In this document: positions 1 to 7,870 of the stretch, in pieces
Position numbering within the stretch: position 1 is the stretch's first letter
How the letters are laid out: each line of letters begins with the position of its first letter
IMG/VR virus record: IMGVR_UViG_3300029775_000395
Coordinates: 1-34,056 of that record
Origin: a virus
Direction: 5' to 3' (one strand)
Length of the DNA: 34,056 nt
The notes under the pieces: generated by a model
The model's input: only the letters and a program-made list of their open reading frames with translations
Databases searched by the model: none
What the model was told of the DNA's origin: nothing
Program-made: the position numbers and the translations under genes

Positions 1-1224
1 ATGCTTGAAGCTCCTACCCTCAACGACTCAAAGTTCCACGGCGATCGCGTGGGGTACGCTGTCCGGTCATTGGACCGGGCCGAACAAGAGGGGGGGCTCT
101 CCCCGGCCGACCGGGGCTATATCCTCGAGTTCGTCAACGATTTAAGAGCCTGCCGCGGGATCACCGTCAGCCGGCAGAACAAGATTACGACGCACCTCTG
201 CCAGTGGCGGCGCTGGATCGGGCCGTTCGACCAGAACACCATCGGGGATCTCCTCGCCGGGGTGAACGCAGTCCGGTCGGGGACCAGCATCCGATCCGGG
301 AAGCCGTATAAGACCAACACGATAATCGACTACATCACGATCTTAAAGCAGTTTTACACCTGGATGAACGACCGGGGCTACACTGAGATCCCGGAGAAGC
401 GCCTGGCGAAGATCCACCCGCCGCCGAAACCGAGGATGACAAAAACCGCAGCGGATATCCTCTCCCCCGACGAGGTCACATCATTTTTGTCGGCCTGCAC
501 GACAAGCCGGGACCGTGCCCTCTTCTCGCTGCTCTACGAGGCCGGGCTCCGGGCGGGGGAGGCTGCGACCCTGACCTGGAGGCAGTTAGACTTCGACGAA
601 TATGGTGCGATCGTCAACCTCGACTTCAAGACCGGCCGGCCGCGATACGTGCGCCTGGTCATGTCGACGGAAGCGCTGGCGGCCTGGCGGCGAGACTACC
701 CGCTGCAGCAGTCGCCCGACGCCCTGGTGTTCCTGAACGCCCGGAATAAGCCCCTGGCGCATGCGGCGATGGCGAAACAGATGCGCGTGATCGCCCGTCG
801 GGCCGGGATTAAAAAACACCTGACGCTGCACCTGTTCCGACACAGCCGCATCACGCACCTGATCCGTGAGGGCGTCTCGATCTCTGTCGTGGGGATGCTG
901 TTCTGGGGCGACCCGACGGCAAAGGAGCTGGAGACCTACCTCCACCTGGTCAACACCGACGTCGATCGGGCGCTGCTCACTCACTACGGCCTGGCTGATC
1001 GGCAGATGGCCGAACCGGAGCGGGTCGAGATCCACGAGTGCCCCCGGTGCCACACGATCGCCGGCCCCGGCGCCCGGTTCTGCGGCCGGTGCGGCTGCGA
1101 GTTGACCGAGGAGGCGGCGAGATCTATAGAGGCGTCAAAAGGGTTCCTCGCGGACGACGCGGCGATCCAGAAAGAAGAGATGCGGAGGATGATCTTGGAG
1201 ATGAAAGAGTTGGGGGAGATCTAG
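1..1224 (+). CDS. int: Tyrosine integrase/recombinase with C-terminal zinc ribbon
   Basis: RDRALFSLLYEAGLR (box I Arg), FKTG, HLFRH (HxxR), LFWG...ETYLH (catalytic Tyr), then CPRC...CGRC. The start is at base 1 and may be clipped. Confidence 0.93.
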   Translation: MLEAPTLNDSKFHGDRVGYAVRSLDRAEQEGGLSPADRGYILEFVNDLRACRGITVSRQNKITTHLCQWRRWIGPFDQNTIGDLLAGVNAVRSGTSIRSGKPYKTNTIIDYITILKQFYTWMNDRGYTEIPEKRLAKIHPPPKPRMTKTAADILSPDEVTSFLSACTTSRDRALFSLLYEAGLRAGEAATLTWRQLDFDEYGAIVNLDFKTGRPRYVRLVMSTEALAAWRRDYPLQQSPDALVFLNARNKPLAHAAMAKQMRVIARRAGIKKHLTLHLFRHSRITHLIREGVSISVVGMLFWGDPTAKELETYLHLVNTDVDRALLTHYGLADRQMAEPERVEIHECPRCHTIAGPGARFCGRCGCELTEEAARSIEASKGFLADDAAIQKEEMRRMILEMKELGEI

Positions 1225-1550
1225 ATGGGGATCGCCGTGGCGATCTCGCCCTCGACCTCATCAACAATCTCCTCCAAGCACGCGATCGGGATGCAATACA
1301 CCAAGGAAACTTCATCGATGATCTCATTACGGGAGGCCCCTGCGTGGAGCATACCTGCGATGGTGTGTTTCACGTCGTGGGCGACCTCCTCCTCCTCATA
1401 GATCCCGTCAACCCGGGCGTTTTTTAGGTGGAATTGGATAACGTCCTCGGAGCGGCCGGCAACCAAGTACTTCTCGTAAAAAAAGGATACGTCTACCCAC
1501 ACGCGGCGTCGGGGGGAGACCCTGACTGGTAGCAGCATTACGGTATCCAC
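1221..1550 (-). CDS. Hypothetical protein, co-oriented with the repressor
   Basis: 109-aa ORF overlapping the repressor stop and converging on int with a 4-bp overlap. Confidence 0.6.
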   Translation of the reverse strand: MDTVMLLPVRVSPRRRVWVDVSFFYEKYLVAGRSEDVIQFHLKNARVDGIYEEEEVAHDVKHTIAGMLHAGASRNEIIDEVSLVYCIPIACLEEIVDEVEGEIATAIPI

Positions 1551-1819
1551 TCCCCACCTATTTTGACCCTTTTTAGAGAAGATTTCTGCTCTAATTCATT
1601 CAGATCATCCTGCATTTTGGCTCTGAGTAATTCGAGTGCCTGTAAGGCAGCGTAATACGCTTCGGGGGTGCTTGGAGGCTCGTGCGCAGCGATGTACAGA
1701 GCGCAAGCATGGATTACTTCGCCGCTCTGGCTGCGATGATGAGATTTCGCGAGAGTGTTCATTTTTTCAATCAGATCTACTGGCATCCGGACGCCCACAT
1801 GGTTTGTTTCGTCAGACAT
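1538..1819 (-). CDS. Arc/MetJ-like ribbon-helix-helix repressor (probable immunity repressor)
   Basis: MSDETNHVGVRMPVDLIEKMNTLAKSHHRSQSGEV is an RHH pattern. The start was reassigned to ATG 1819, which has a GGGGAG RBS upstream on the minus strand. Confidence 0.8.
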   Translation of the reverse strand: MSDETNHVGVRMPVDLIEKMNTLAKSHHRSQSGEVIHACALYIAAHEPPSTPEAYYAALQALELLRAKMQDDLNELEQKSSLKRVKIGGEWIP

Positions 1820-1930
1820 TTTCTCCCCCATTGTTGCATTTTGCATTAGTTCACGCCGTGAAACGATGTAAAACCGGAATGGATATATACTTATGTGAAA
1901 AATAGTAAAATGGAGTGAAACATTGTGAAA
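1820..1930. promoter_or_regulatory. Divergent promoter/operator region (lysis-lysogeny switch)
   Basis: AT-rich gap between divergent RHH genes. ATATATAC near 1883-1890; palindrome TTCACGcCGTGAA at 1850-1862; GT(G/A)AAA at 1858, 1868, 1895, 1905, 1915 and 1925; TTGCATT twice at 1834-1847. Confidence 0.75.
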
Positions 1931-2122
1931 CACGGTGCCCATAGTGACTCACTGCGGCACGTAGGGTTCAAAGTCCCTGTGTGGATGCTGGATGCGATCG
2001 ACAAGGTGCAGGCTAACCAGAAGCTAGTCACCCGCACCGAGGCGGCGCGGCTTATCATTGTTCGAGGGTTGGATGCCCTCGGTATCGACTATGACCCTGC
2101 AGATATGGAGGCGACGGCATGA
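1925..2122 (+). CDS. Small RHH (CopG/Cro-equivalent) regulator
   Basis: RHVGFKVPVWMLDAIDKVQANQKLVTRTEAARLII is an RHH pattern. First gene of the rightward operon, GTG start. Confidence 0.75.
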   Translation: MKHGAHSDSLRHVGFKVPVWMLDAIDKVQANQKLVTRTEAARLIIVRGLDALGIDYDPADMEATA

Positions 2123-2265
2123 CCCCGCCGCTTGTAATCAATCGTGATCTGCACGATGCACTGATGAAAGATCCCCTCTACGCCCGGAGGTTAACGATCG
2201 GAATCGAGATCGGGCGAGTTATCGTGAAAGACGGTGAAAACGTATGTCAAAAAGCGAATGTTTGA
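2119..2265 (+). CDS. 48-aa hypothetical protein (MTPPLVINRDLHDALMKDPLYARRLTIGIEIGRVIVKDGENVCQKANV)
   Basis: Translated manually. ATGA overlap with the upstream gene and a GGAGG RBS. Confidence 0.6.
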   Translation: MTPPLVINRDLHDALMKDPLYARRLTIGIEIGRVIVKDGENVCQKANV

Positions 2266-2696
2266 ATGGCAGCCCTGCATGTTCCCCCGCCTGCAAGCTT
2301 CGGGAAACCCGGGCCGCCTCTGAGGTATTGTCAACAGAGAATATATTGGTTCGCACGCGCGCGAACGCGCCGGCGAACGACGATCTCCTGCACGGGCGGG
2401 CGCGTCTGTGCCGCTCCTGCGGTGCCGAGACCACGAACGATCGCTACTGCGATGCATGCCTCGCGGACGGGACGGAGTTCCGGACGTGCACCCGCTGCGG
2501 CCAGGGGTTCGATGCGTTCGGGCCGCGGAAGGCGGCGAGCGACGGCCTCTGCCTGCAGTGCCTGGACGATGATGCCAGGCGCGAGGAGCGAGCCGCGACT
2601 CTGCGTGAGCAATGCCGGATCCACCGGGTGCGGCGGGTCGAGGGCCTCCCCGTCTCCGTGCTCGCGGAGATGCAGGCAGAGCGGGGGCGGTGCTGA
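2244..2696 (+). CDS. Cys-rich double zinc-ribbon protein
   Basis: CRSC...YCDAC...CTRC...CLQC; GGTGA RBS; TGATG coupling to the next ORF. Confidence 0.6.
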   Translation: MSKSECLNGSPACSPACKLRETRAASEVLSTENILVRTRANAPANDDLLHGRARLCRSCGAETTNDRYCDACLADGTEFRTCTRCGQGFDAFGPRKAASDGLCLQCLDDDARREERAATLREQCRIHRVRRVEGLPVSVLAEMQAERGRC

Positions 2697-2866
2697 TGGA
2701 CGTCGAGGTCTACTGCCCGCGCCAGGTCTGCCCGGATGACGGGGGACTCTGCCCCTGTGTCGGTGCCGATTGCGCGCTGTGGGATCCTGATCGGGATCAG
2801 TGCGGCGACCTGACGAGTGCGCAATCGCTCGCGAGGGTTGCTGAGGTGCTCGGGGGGCGGTGCTGA
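2696..2866 (+). CDS. Small Cys-rich protein (56 aa)
   Basis: MDVEVYCPRQVCPDDGGLCPCVGADCALWD...; TGATG overlaps at both ends. Confidence 0.65.
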   Translation: MDVEVYCPRQVCPDDGGLCPCVGADCALWDPDRDQCGDLTSAQSLARVAEVLGGRC

Positions 2867-3051
2867 TGCCGGGCCAGTGGTGCGTGCTCTCGCAGGTTAT
2901 CGATCACACGCGGTTATACGCGGCCGGTCGCCTGCGGGACCCGACGCAACCCCTCCACGGAGGGAACGTCGAATTCTCCGGCGGATACATCCCGGACCGA
3001 GACGTGATCGAACAGCGGGTCGCGGAACTCAACGCCGGGGGGTGCGCCTGA
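2866..3051 (+). CDS. Hypothetical protein (61 aa)
   Basis: Coupled by TGATG at both ends. Confidence 0.6.
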   Translation: MPGQWCVLSQVIDHTRLYAAGRLRDPTQPLHGGNVEFSGGYIPDRDVIEQRVAELNAGGCA

Positions 3052-3395
3052 TGTCCGGCGACCAGGAGATCCGGATCTCCCTCGACGGCAACAAGTGGTG
3101 TGCCCTCTGCGGCCCCAACCTCCAAGAGGGCTTATCGGGATTCGGCGATACGCCGGAGGAGGCGCTCATGGACCTGATCGGACAGACCGATGACCGGTTC
3201 GCCGCGACCACCGCCAGCCATGAGACGATCGCGGGGGCACTCCATACTGCCCTCGCCGTGCTCAACCGCGCTGAGAGTGTCTGCAATACGATACCATGCG
3301 GCGGTTGCCTGGCGGATGTCGCCTGCGGAGGGTATTGTCTCATACAGGGGATTCGCGACGACCTGACCGAGCGGCTGTCTCAGGAGGGATCCTGA
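3051..3395 (+). CDS. HicB-like N-terminal domain plus Cys-rich tail
   Basis: WCALCGPNLQEGLSGFGDTPEEALMDL resembles the HicB G-x-T-x-E-E-A motif; the C-terminus has CxxxxCxxCxxxxxC. Confidence 0.5.
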   Translation: MSGDQEIRISLDGNKWCALCGPNLQEGLSGFGDTPEEALMDLIGQTDDRFAATTASHETIAGALHTALAVLNRAESVCNTIPCGGCLADVACGGYCLIQGIRDDLTERLSQEGS

Positions 3396-3901
3396 TGCAC
3401 TGCGACTGCGAAAACCCCTGCCGCGAGTGCAAGGGGGATGGAAGCGAGTGCAGCATGGATCCGGCAGAGTGCGGCCACGCGGTTCTGCCCGACAACCTCC
3501 TGGAGCGGGCGTTCGTGGCTCGGATCCGGGCCGACGAGCACCGGGCCGAACTCAAGGCGCTACAGGACGAGTTCAACGAGCGCGAGGATGTTATCGAGAT
3601 CAAGCGCAAGATCGACCGCTGCGAGGAGGAGCGGCACAACTGCATCGAGCAGGCGAAGATCGCCGGCGTCAGCAAGATAGGAAACTATCTCCTCAAGATC
3701 CGCACCCGGAAAACCCGCACCATCGTACCGAAACTGTTTTTCGCCAAGCACGGTGCAGAGGCATTTGTCGAGTGCTGCACGGTCGCAATCGGAAAAGCGG
3801 AGGCGCTGCTTGGCAAGGGGACGTTCGACGACTGCTGCGAGGTCGAGGTCAAGGACATCGGCACGACTGTCGAGTACGAGCGCCCGGAGGGATCGGAATG
3901 A
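3395..3901 (+). CDS. Hypothetical protein: N-terminal Cys cluster plus coiled coil (position typical of Gam/Gp157-like genes)
   Basis: MHCDCENPCREC, then a helical charged region; lies upstream of bet. Confidence 0.6.
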   Translation: MHCDCENPCRECKGDGSECSMDPAECGHAVLPDNLLERAFVARIRADEHRAELKALQDEFNEREDVIEIKRKIDRCEEERHNCIEQAKIAGVSKIGNYLLKIRTRKTRTIVPKLFFAKHGAEAFVECCTVAIGKAEALLGKGTFDDCCEVEVKDIGTTVEYERPEGSE

Positions 3902-4203
3902 TCGACATCATCGAGCTCACCACGACCGCGACATACAACGAGAAGGCCGAGATGTGGATTGCCGACATCAAGGGGTATCCAATCATCGGCCAGGGTGAGA
4001 GCCCTGACGAGGCCGTGATGAACGCCCGCGACAAACTCCAGACGTTTTTCCTGTCGATGGCCGGGCGGCGCTACGTCTCCGTGGTGTATGCTCCCGTCTC
4101 GCTCAAGGCAGAGTTAGAGGTCAGGATCGAGTCCGACCGGGGCACGTCGCTCTCTGAGTTTGGGCTCGGCACCGGCCGCGAAGAGCAGGAGGGAGAGGAA
4201 TGA
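3898..4203 (+). CDS. HicB-like (UPF0150-type) protein
   Basis: TATYNEKAEMWIADIKGYPIIGQGESPDEAVMNARDKL matches the HicB N-terminal alpha/beta pattern; start ATG 3898 after GGAGG. Confidence 0.6.
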   Translation: MIDIIELTTTATYNEKAEMWIADIKGYPIIGQGESPDEAVMNARDKLQTFFLSMAGRRYVSVVYAPVSLKAELEVRIESDRGTSLSEFGLGTGREEQEGEE

Positions 4204-4607
4204 GCAGCGAGTTCCAGCCCGCTGGCCGCGCCCTACCCCTCACTACAGTCGAGGGCTCGATTCAGATCGTGGAAATGGCCCCGTCTCGCGTCATCGGTAT
4301 AGGTACGCTCTCAGGCGGGTGCCTGGGGGTCCAGTACTCCCTGCAGCATCTCCGTGACGCGATCGATGCGGCGATCGCCCGACTCTATCCTCTCGGGGAC
4401 TCTGAGGACGCCGGGGCGTGCTCGGCGGATATCCAGATCGTCCACCCGAACTATGGGATCGTGGGTCCGACCGCCCCGATGCTCCTGATCAGCCGGCCGC
4501 GAGAAGGGGCCGAGGATGTGCCGTGCGTCATGGTCGCGGGCATTATCCCCGACCTCGACAACCCCCGCGTCGTCCGCGACGCCGTCGAGGCCCGGGAGGT
4601 GGACTGA
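4200..4607 (+). CDS. Hypothetical protein
   Basis: 135-aa ORF with ATGA/TGATG coupling. Confidence 0.7.
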   Translation: MSSEFQPAGRALPLTTVEGSIQIVEMAPSRVIGIGTLSGGCLGVQYSLQHLRDAIDAAIARLYPLGDSEDAGACSADIQIVHPNYGIVGPTAPMLLISRPREGAEDVPCVMVAGIIPDLDNPRVVRDAVEAREVD

Positions 4608-5284
4608 TGTCAGACCTACCCGCGACCCTCAACGCTGGCGGCATCGTCCCGGCACAGTACAACCAGCAGCAGATCCAACTCATCCGGGATATGTGTGCCC
4701 GGGACTGCACCGACAACGAGTTTTTGCTCCTGATGCAGCTCGCGAAGACCTACCAGCTCGACCCGTTCACGAAGCAGATCTGGGCGATCAAGTACGGCAA
4801 CAACCCCGCCGCGATCTTCGCAGGCCGCGACGGGTTCCTCGCGATCGCGCACCGCTCCGGGGTTTTCGACGGCATGAAAACTGGCGCGAGAAAAGAAGGG
4901 GACGATACGATCGGGTGGTGTGAAGTCTATCGCAAGGACATGAAATATCCGTTCGTCGCAGAAGTCAAATTATCAGAGTATTCGGCCGGAAAGAACCTCT
5001 GGCAGACGAAACCCGAGACAATGATTAAGAAGGTCGCCCAAGCACAGGCGCTCCGGCAGGCGTTCAACATCTCCGGCCTCTACTCCCCCGAGGAGATCGA
5101 CACTGGCGACCGCGCCCCGCGCTACGTGGGCGAGGTGCCCCAGGCGACCCCGACATGCTGCGAGGTCTGCGGGGTCCCGGTGCCGGAGGAGATCCGCGAG
5201 AAGACCAAGCCGCACACCGACCGGGTGCTGTGCGTCGAGCACTTTGGCGAGTGGTGGAACTCGCGGACGGAGGTGAGCAAATGA
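4607..5284 (+). CDS. bet: Single-strand annealing protein, Bet/RecT family
   Basis: QIQLIRD...EFLLLMQLAKTYQLDPFTKQIWAIKY...GRDGFLAIAHRSG...W QTKPETMIKKVAQAQALRQAF; C-terminal CxxC...LCxxH finger. Confidence 0.9.
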   Translation: MSDLPATLNAGGIVPAQYNQQQIQLIRDMCARDCTDNEFLLLMQLAKTYQLDPFTKQIWAIKYGNNPAAIFAGRDGFLAIAHRSGVFDGMKTGARKEGDDTIGWCEVYRKDMKYPFVAEVKLSEYSAGKNLWQTKPETMIKKVAQAQALRQAFNISGLYSPEEIDTGDRAPRYVGEVPQATPTCCEVCGVPVPEEIREKTKPHTDRVLCVEHFGEWWNSRTEVSK

Positions 5285-5808
5285 CCTCCCCAAAATCCGT
5301 CTCCTGGTCGGCGCTCGTCAACGTCGGCAACAACGAGTCAATCGCGCTCACGGTCTCCGGCGAGGCAGCGAACCCCGACGAGGCGCGGGACATGTTCGCG
5401 TTCGCGTGCGGGCAGTTGCTCGGCATCGCGAACTCAGCCGACGAGGCCACGGCGCCCCTGATCCGGGCGTATGTCTCCCGGCTCGTCCAGACCGAGGAAG
5501 CGGCGAAACAGGACGCCATGCCCGCGACACCGCCATCTGCAACGGATCAGGCGGCGGCCGCGGCTGCACGGTGTGTCAAGCCGCAGCCGCCCGCGAAGAC
5601 CTCTCCGCCCACTGCGGCAGAGCAGGCGGCGGCGGCTGTCGCACAGATCGTCAAGCCGCCCGCCGCACCGCCCAAATCGGAGACCTCTGACCCGTACGAT
5701 ATCGTGATCTGCGAGCGGTGCGGTGCGGAAACGACCAAGGCACAGGCGAAGCTCTCGCAGCTGTTTATGAGCAAAACGTTATGCAAACAGTGCATGGAGG
5801 CGCCATAA
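5281..5808 (+). CDS. Ala/Pro-rich protein with C-terminal zinc finger
   Basis: Start ATG 5281 after GGAGGTGA; internal repeat QAAAA(A/V)AxxVKP twice; CERCG...LCKQC. Confidence 0.7.
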   Translation: MTSPKSVSWSALVNVGNNESIALTVSGEAANPDEARDMFAFACGQLLGIANSADEATAPLIRAYVSRLVQTEEAAKQDAMPATPPSATDQAAAAAARCVKPQPPAKTSPPTAAEQAAAAVAQIVKPPAAPPKSETSDPYDIVICERCGAETTKAQAKLSQLFMSKTLCKQCMEAP

Positions 5809-6719
5809 TGATCCTCATCGGCAGCCCCGACGAGATCCGGGCGCTCGTCACTCCCTCACTGGAGACGCAGCCCATCCTCCTCCGGCCGCAGGAGAGCGGC
5901 CCGTGCGTGCATTGCGAGGACGGTACTCCGTATCGGTGCACCTATCCCTACGACGACGGGCGGTGCCCCCACCTCGACAACCCTGAGATCCTCTGCCCCG
6001 TCAAGGGGGCCTGCTACGCGATACAGGAGATCGCCCGGATGCGGGACGCCTGCGAGGCCGAGCAGGAGGAGCAGGACGCAGATATGGCCGCCCAAGATGC
6101 GGTCTACGAGACGGAGGCGCCAGCGATCGCCGACCCGGGGCGGCTCCACACCTACGTAGTAGAGCCGGAACCCGAGTTCCCGGAACCGGTCCCGGAGGAG
6201 GAGTCGGTCTACGAGGCATCACCCTTGGTGGATGAAGTGCGTCTGGATGCTCGGGGGTGGACCCCGGAGGAGGAGGGGGCTATGCGCGAGGCCACTACTC
6301 CGACGGAGGCTGTCGCACTCTACCGGGCCGCGTACCCTGGCTCCAGCCGCACCGATGCAGCGATCAAGAGCCGATACCACCTCAAGATCTGGCCGCAGCG
6401 GGGGGCCACCCCCGCCCCGGATTTCGCCGGCGACGCCGTCCCGGTGACGCAGTGCGAGGAGCCGGCCAGTAAGGGCCTCTATGGCGACGCCCGGGCGCTA
6501 CACGCGGATATGATGGACGGCATGATGTGCGACCGGCCGATCGATGCGTGTGGGCCGATAGTCCGCGGCGACCGCGTCGCCCTGGTCGATGACCCCGGCC
6601 TCGTCGGTACTGCGGTTATCGTCAACGTCCGCAGCAAATTCGCGTCGGTGGAGTTCCCCGGCGACCGTGGCCCGGCCCGGGTCTACCCTCTCAGTGCCCT
6701 GCGGCGGGTGATCGTGTGA
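5808..6719 (+). CDS. Multidomain hypothetical protein: Cys cluster, acidic linker, Myb/SANT-like HTH, SH3/KOW-like C-terminus
   Basis: WTPEEE...RTDAAIKSRY resembles a Myb/SANT repeat; GDRVALVDDPGLVGTAVIV...VEFPG resembles KOW/SH3. Confidence 0.65.
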   Translation: MILIGSPDEIRALVTPSLETQPILLRPQESGPCVHCEDGTPYRCTYPYDDGRCPHLDNPEILCPVKGACYAIQEIARMRDACEAEQEEQDADMAAQDAVYETEAPAIADPGRLHTYVVEPEPEFPEPVPEEESVYEASPLVDEVRLDARGWTPEEEGAMREATTPTEAVALYRAAYPGSSRTDAAIKSRYHLKIWPQRGATPAPDFAGDAVPVTQCEEPASKGLYGDARALHADMMDGMMCDRPIDACGPIVRGDRVALVDDPGLVGTAVIVNVRSKFASVEFPGDRGPARVYPLSALRRVIV

Positions 6720-6889
6720 CCGACCACCTCGTGCCTCGGGCGCGGGTGCAGGTCATCGCCCCCTCCGGTCTCCGGGGATTTACCGGGACGATTCTGAAGC
6801 ATTACCCGGTCACCGGACCGTGCCTCGTCGAGTTCCCCGCGAGCAAGGGCCTCTCCTGGATCGCGGATGAGTGCCTGGAGGTGTACTGA
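6716..6889 (+). CDS. 57-aa SH3/KOW-like protein (MTDHLVPRARVQVIAPSGLRGFTGTILKHYPVTGPCLVEFPASKGLSWIADECLEVY)
   Basis: Translated manually. GTGA and TGATG overlaps fill the gap exactly. Confidence 0.65.
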   Translation: MTDHLVPRARVQVIAPSGLRGFTGTILKHYPVTGPCLVEFPASKGLSWIADECLEVY

Positions 6890-7107
6890 TGGGCCGCAGG
6901 TTCCCGGAGCTGCACAATCCCGAGTGGCTCCGGCAGCAGCACGGCGTGGAGTACCGATCCGTAAAGGAGATCGCCGAGGTGATCGGGTGCTCTGAGAGCG
7001 CGGTAAATGGGGCGCTCCGTCGGGCGGGGGTGCCGAGGCTACCGAAATTGATGCGGGCGGCACTCCAGGCGCGGCGTGCCCGCGAAGATGGGGAGGTGGA
7101 GGCGTGA
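6889..7107 (+). CDS. Small helix-turn-helix protein
   Basis: SVKEIAEVIGCSESAVNGALRRAG. Confidence 0.75.
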   Translation: MGRRFPELHNPEWLRQQHGVEYRSVKEIAEVIGCSESAVNGALRRAGVPRLPKLMRAALQARRAREDGEVEA

Positions 7108-7481
7108 CCGGGGCGAAGCGTTGCCCGGGGTGCGGGAAGGTCAAGCCGTTTGATGAGTTCCACGTCGACCGATACCGGGCGGACGGACACACTGCGCGGT
7201 GCAAGTCGTGCAATAACGCGGCGTCTGCGGTGTGGCGGAGGGGGGGCGAGGCCCCAACTCCGCGCCCAACGTTTCCTCTGCTACGCGACCACGAGATGCT
7301 GAAACAAATGCACTTGCACGAGTACCTGTCTCCCAGGGAGATCGCGGACCGGATCGGGTGCAACGAAGCCACAGCATGGAGAGCGCTCCGCCGGGCCGGA
7401 ATCACGATAATCCCGAAAGGGCCGAGAGATACACTCAGGGCCCGGAGGGCGCGAGAAACCGGAGGGGATGTATGTATCTGA
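7104..7481 (+). CDS. Zinc finger plus HTH protein
   Basis: KRCPGCGKVKPFDEFH...CKSC (EndoVII-like N-terminal finger), then SPREIADRIGCNEATAWRALRRAG. Confidence 0.75.
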   Translation: MTGAKRCPGCGKVKPFDEFHVDRYRADGHTARCKSCNNAASAVWRRGGEAPTPRPTFPLLRDHEMLKQMHLHEYLSPREIADRIGCNEATAWRALRRAGITIIPKGPRDTLRARRARETGGDVCI

Positions 7482-7870
7482 ACTGTGGCCAACTCATCCC
7501 CGAATCCGAGACCCGTACGGTCGCCCTGGAGATCTGGGACGGTGAGACGGCCTACCGGTTCGCGGCGGGGGTCTCTGATATCTCGGCGCTCCTCCAGGAG
7601 CGGACGGCTCAGATACCGCTCTCGCAGTGGTTCGGTCTCTACGAGACGAGAGAGCGCGGCCGGGCGAGGCTGTCGACGACAGGGAAGGGTGTGGTATTCT
7701 GGTTTGATGCCCTCCCTGGGCGGGCATTTACGGTTACCCGATCGAGGGTTGCCGGGGTTGCGCGTATGGCGGCGCGTGCCCCGGGCGAGAGGTGGCTCGA
7801 TGCCGTGGTGTCGGAGATCCTCCCTGACCCGGTACCCCGCGCCGGCACGATCCGGAGGCGATGCCGGTGA
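7472..7870 (+). CDS. Hypothetical protein
   Basis: ATG 7472 after GGAGGGG; ends IRRRCR*. Confidence 0.65.
   Translation: MYLNCGQLIPESETRTVALEIWDGETAYRFAAGVSDISALLQERTAQIPLSQWFGLYETRERGRARLSTTGKGVVFWFDALPGRAFTVTRSRVAGVARMAARAPGERWLDAVVSEILPDPVPRAGTIRRRCR

Noticed and set aside
2224-2239. Two further GTGAAA hexamers 10 bp apart, matching the switch boxes
   Set aside because: They lie in coding sequence, and the second doubles as the GGTGA ribosome-binding site of ORF 2244. Coincidence cannot be excluded.
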